Shown: positions 60,636 to 64,000 of the stretch, in pieces
How positions within the stretch are numbered: the first letter of the stretch is position 1
Layout of the letters: each line of letters opens with the position of its first letter
From: Dehalococcoidia bacterium
GTDB lineage: Bacteria; Chloroflexota; Dehalococcoidia; SHYB01; SHYL01
Direction: 5' to 3'
Length of the DNA: 64,000 nucleotides
Assembly (NCBI GenBank): GCA_009692825.1
Contig: SHYL01000001.1
Span: forward strand, 2,866 to 66,865
Translations under genes and position numbers: made by a program
The notes under the pieces: generated by a model
Told to the model about the DNA's origin: nothing
Database searches by the model: none
What the model saw: only the letters and a program-made list of their open reading frames with translations

Positions 60636-62435
60636 ATGAAGCGCTCCAGGAAAGCTGACACCCCTCAACCCCCCGCGGGGGGAGTAAACCGTCGCCAATT
60701 TTTGACGCAGGCGGCATTGCTGGGTCTATCCGCCAGCAGCGTGGCGGTGTTTTTGCAAGCCTGCAGCAAACTCGACTCTACAAAGACACCAATTTCTACC
60801 AGGGTATCGGTTAAGCCAACGCCAAGCGGCGGCATAATACGTGAAATCTCAGAGGACATGAGCAGAGGCTACGTTCCACCGAACAGCGTCGTGCTGGACA
60901 TGCCTGACAATGGGACGATGATGGGTGGCTCTCTGTCCAGCTCCGGAATCGACCATCCGGAAAACCTTACTACCACACTTAAACCTAGGGCTGCCCTGGC
61001 GCCAACGCCCGAATCAATCCAATACCCAACGCTCGTCCCGTCTCCACCTCGGTCGGCGACCGCTGTCGTAACCCCAACCGCAACGCCATTCTCTAAGCCT
61101 ACTCCCTCCACTCCACCATCTCGATCGCCGAAAAGGCAGCAGATGGCTTATCTATTGCGTAGAGCTGGCTTCGGCGCAGACCCGCAGGATTTGGATAAGT
61201 TTGAAAGTATGGGCTATGAGGCTACCGTCGATTATCTCCTGGAATATGAACAAGTTGATGACACAGCGCTGGATACTATGCTTTTATCGACAACCTTCGA
61301 TATGACTAAGGCCCAGGATATCAAGCGCAAGTGGGCCCTAAGGATGCTTTATACCAAGCGTCCATTGCAGGAAAGGATGGTACTCTTCTGGCACGGGCTT
61401 CTCGTCAGTGCCACTCACAAGGTAAATAACCTCTCTCTGCTTCAAGCGCAAAATGATCTCTTCCGGGCCCACGTGCTGGATACATACGACGTTATACTCA
61501 AAGCCATCACACGTGATCCCGCTATGCTTTTTTATCTGGACAATCGCCTGAACCGTCGCGGCGCTCCGAACGAAAACTACGCCCGTGAACTGATGGAACT
61601 GTTCAGTCTGGGTGTAGGCAACTATACCGAGGCGGACGTCCGTGAAAGTGCCAGGGCGTTCACGGGCTACGGTCTTGATAAAGAGGGTATTGCCTTCGAA
61701 TATCATCCTGCTCAACATGACGCTGGCGTGAAAACATTTCTAGGCAAGCAGGGAAACTTCGATGCGGACGATATCGTTAACCTCATTTTATTCCAGCCCG
61801 CTGCACACGAATTTATCGTTCGCAAGCTGTTTAGCTTTTTCGTCTACCGCAACCCAGAGCCGCACGTGGTTATCAGGCTGGCGCGTATCTTCAGGGACAG
61901 CCGCTACAGCATAAAAGCCGTCATGCGCGATATACTGCTCGGACCAGAAATCAAGTCTCCCAAAGCCTATCGTGGGACAGTCAAAAGCCCTGTAGACGTC
62001 GTTGTCACCACAATGCGCACTATGGGGCTCCAAACTGACGGGAGCAATATCGATGGGTTTATGACCAGGATGAATCAGACATTGTTCAACCCGCCCAACG
62101 TGGCAGGCTGGCCGGGCGGCAACGCTTGGATAAGCAGCAACACGCTCCTTGAGCGCCTCAATTTTGTTAACAGGATCGCCAGCGCTAAGGGGAGCGTAAC
62201 CGTTTTCACTCCCAGTGCAAACAATAAGCAACAGGTAACTGAGAGTCTTTACAAATCGCTGGATTTTTATGCGCAGGTCCTCCTGGATGGCAACGTTCCA
62301 GAGGACGACTGGCAGATCCTGCGCAATTATGCATCGCTTATCGCGGAATTGTACACGGGCAAAGCAAGCACGGAAGGTATGCAGCGTAGCCTCGTTTATT
62401 TGCTCATGGCATTACCCGATTATCAACTAGTATAG
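60636..62435 (+). CDS. Tat-exported DUF1800-family protein
   Basis: RRQFLT twin-arginine motif. FWHG, LDN..N and NENYARELMELFSLGVG blocks are typical of DUF1800. Confidence 0.8.
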   Translation: MKRSRKADTPQPPAGGVNRRQFLTQAALLGLSASSVAVFLQACSKLDSTKTPISTRVSVKPTPSGGIIREISEDMSRGYVPPNSVVLDMPDNGTMMGGSLSSSGIDHPENLTTTLKPRAALAPTPESIQYPTLVPSPPRSATAVVTPTATPFSKPTPSTPPSRSPKRQQMAYLLRRAGFGADPQDLDKFESMGYEATVDYLLEYEQVDDTALDTMLLSTTFDMTKAQDIKRKWALRMLYTKRPLQERMVLFWHGLLVSATHKVNNLSLLQAQNDLFRAHVLDTYDVILKAITRDPAMLFYLDNRLNRRGAPNENYARELMELFSLGVGNYTEADVRESARAFTGYGLDKEGIAFEYHPAQHDAGVKTFLGKQGNFDADDIVNLILFQPAAHEFIVRKLFSFFVYRNPEPHVVIRLARIFRDSRYSIKAVMRDILLGPEIKSPKAYRGTVKSPVDVVVTTMRTMGLQTDGSNIDGFMTRMNQTLFNPPNVAGWPGGNAWISSNTLLERLNFVNRIASAKGSVTVFTPSANNKQQVTESLYKSLDFYAQVLLDGNVPEDDWQILRNYASLIAELYTGKASTEGMQRSLVYLLMALPDYQLV

Positions 62436-62559
62436 GTATGCAAAAAACTCAGGGCGATAAGTCAACAAAGCGTCTTAGGTTAGTTCAGGAGAGAGTAGCC
62501 CTCCCTGATGTGGTGTTTGGGGGGTCCATCCTCGGCTCCGTTAAATCCCACTTTCACAG

Positions 62560-63825
62560 GTGGAAGGGGATAAGGTATGGGTCATGCGACTAACTAGGGG
62601 TGAATTCCTCCAGCAAATGGCCCTCGTAGGTGCCAGCGGGCCGTTTATGCCTGCTGTCTTCCAGCGCCTTCTGCCGTTAGCCTCAGCTGAAGGCATATCT
62701 GCACAGCAAGCTGCCAATGACCGTGTGCTGGTCATCGTCCAGATGGCTGGCGGTAACGACGGCTTGAATACGGTTGTCCCTTACGGGGACGGCAAGTATT
62801 ACGACCTCCGTAAAAATACGGGCATACAGCCAGCCCAGGTGATCCCGCTTAACAATGAGATTGGCCTGCATTCATCCCTTACGTCATTCAAGCAGATGTG
62901 GGTCAATGGAACGCTCGCTATCGTTGAAGGTGTCGGCTACCCAAACCCGAGTTTTTCGCACTTCGAAGCTATGCGTATTTGGCAGTCCGCGGACCCAGCC
63001 CTCAAAATTCAGGACGGCTGGCTTGGGCGGTACATGGGCGGTATCAGGAACGATCCACAGGCTATGAGCGCTCTGTCCGTCGGCAAAAGCGTAGCGCAGT
63101 CGATGTACAACGTTAAAGTTTCGGTGCCGAGCGTTGAGGATATACAGTCGTACGCGCTGCAGGGAGACCTTTGGGCGCCTCTAGTCACCGCAAGCAGACT
63201 CGAGGCATTGAACAATCTCTATTCTGCGATGCCTCCTACCCTTACCGCAGGAGCGTTGCTCAAAGGGACATATGAATCGGCGTTGAGCACGTCACGCAAG
63301 CTGCAGGACGCAGACAAGGCCTACACAACGACCGTTGTTTATCCACAGAATGAACTGGGAAGGGGCCTGAAGCTCATAGCTGAGGCCATTTGCGGGGACC
63401 TCGGCTTGCAGATTTGCCACGTTTCGATTGGCGGCTGGGACACACATGCGTCCCAGAACATCACGCACTCACGACTCCTGGCATATCTCGCGGACGGAAT
63501 ACGTATGTTCCACGAAGACCTCAAAGCGCACGGTAAGGACAAGAATGTGCTTATCATGACTTGGTCTGAGTTCGGCCGCCGTGCCCAGGAGAACGGCAGT
63601 GCCGGCACCGACCACGGCACCGCGGGTCCCCTGTTCCTGGCCGGTACTCCCGTCAAGGGTGGTCTGTATGGCCAGCGCCCAGACCTGACAAAGCTGGACA
63701 ACGGTAACCTGAGTTTCACCGTCGATTTCCGGTCCGTCTACAGCACCATCCTGGAAAAGTGGCTCAACGCCCCGGCAGCCGTTATCCTTGGCGGCAGTTT
63801 CGAAGCGCTCCCATTCCTGGCCTGA
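62560..63825 (+). CDS. DUF1501-family (sulfatase-like) protein
   Basis: GGWDTHA motif and an N-terminal export signal. It is paired with DUF1800 as usual. The start may be the ATG at 62584. Confidence 0.8.
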   Translation: MEGDKVWVMRLTRGEFLQQMALVGASGPFMPAVFQRLLPLASAEGISAQQAANDRVLVIVQMAGGNDGLNTVVPYGDGKYYDLRKNTGIQPAQVIPLNNEIGLHSSLTSFKQMWVNGTLAIVEGVGYPNPSFSHFEAMRIWQSADPALKIQDGWLGRYMGGIRNDPQAMSALSVGKSVAQSMYNVKVSVPSVEDIQSYALQGDLWAPLVTASRLEALNNLYSAMPPTLTAGALLKGTYESALSTSRKLQDADKAYTTTVVYPQNELGRGLKLIAEAICGDLGLQICHVSIGGWDTHASQNITHSRLLAYLADGIRMFHEDLKAHGKDKNVLIMTWSEFGRRAQENGSAGTDHGTAGPLFLAGTPVKGGLYGQRPDLTKLDNGNLSFTVDFRSVYSTILEKWLNAPAAVILGGSFEALPFLA

Positions 63826-64000
63826 TTGTGATTCTGACTGAATCTCCTCTGTTGTGGGAGGGACTGCCGTCGTACAATACTGCCCTATCTCATTCTTCCA
63901 GATAATATGAAAAATCAGGTTGTTAACGAATTGAGAGGAACTGCGGCCAAAGATCCTAACCAGCGTGAAAAATTCAAGACAGACAAATCTATTGAGAATA

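Overview
This is a 64 kb bacterial chromosomal window with about 50% GC. It is densely coding, mostly housekeeping genes, plus one accessory-looking block.

In order, the window contains:
- **Start of window to 20 kb:** a partial gap, an FNR-type reductase, recF (probably with a non-ATG start), Trm112, metH, the (p)ppGpp synthetase/hydrolase, yqeK, a HIT protein, grpE-hrcA, rpsO-pnp, dapB, dienelactone hydrolase and a YHYH lipoprotein.
- **20-24 kb:** a stand-alone 23S rRNA gene with RNase III-type flanking processing stems. There is no 16S and no 5S in the window. An initiator tRNA-fMet follows it.
- **~23.7-33.8 kb, directly 3' of tRNA-fMet:** an accessory-looking block. It holds an APH(3')-family aminoglycoside phosphotransferase, a stand-alone Hint-domain protein, Tag glycosylase, a TusA-like ORF, a frameshifted TauE/SafE permease, a B12-binding radical SAM protein, a frameshifted YHS/TRASH ORF, a cupin, an Ldh_2-family dehydrogenase, two peptide-ABC permeases with a 3' remnant of a second oppB, and a 4-OT tautomerase.
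- **33.8-50.6 kb:** mutS, a radical SAM/SPASM + PAP2-like membrane pair, tRNA-Ala(GGC), leuS, a trypsin-like protease with a PT linker, fmt plus a JAMM protein, leuB, hemW, ychF, holA and a peptide-ABC ATPase.
- **50.8-56.4 kb:** dnaA, followed by an AT-rich tract, a divergent Obg-like GTPase, nadD, pyrE, rhodanese and a pterin dehydratase.
- **56.4 kb to end of window:** tRNA-Gln, a peptide-ABC solute-binding lipoprotein, an MFS transporter, a tRNA-like fragment, and a Tat-exported DUF1800/DUF1501 pair.

I found no CRISPR array, integrase or transposase. The taxon cannot be fixed from sequence alone. The unlinked rRNA and Pro/Thr-rich linkers are reminiscent of Chloroflexota-like genomes, which is inference only.
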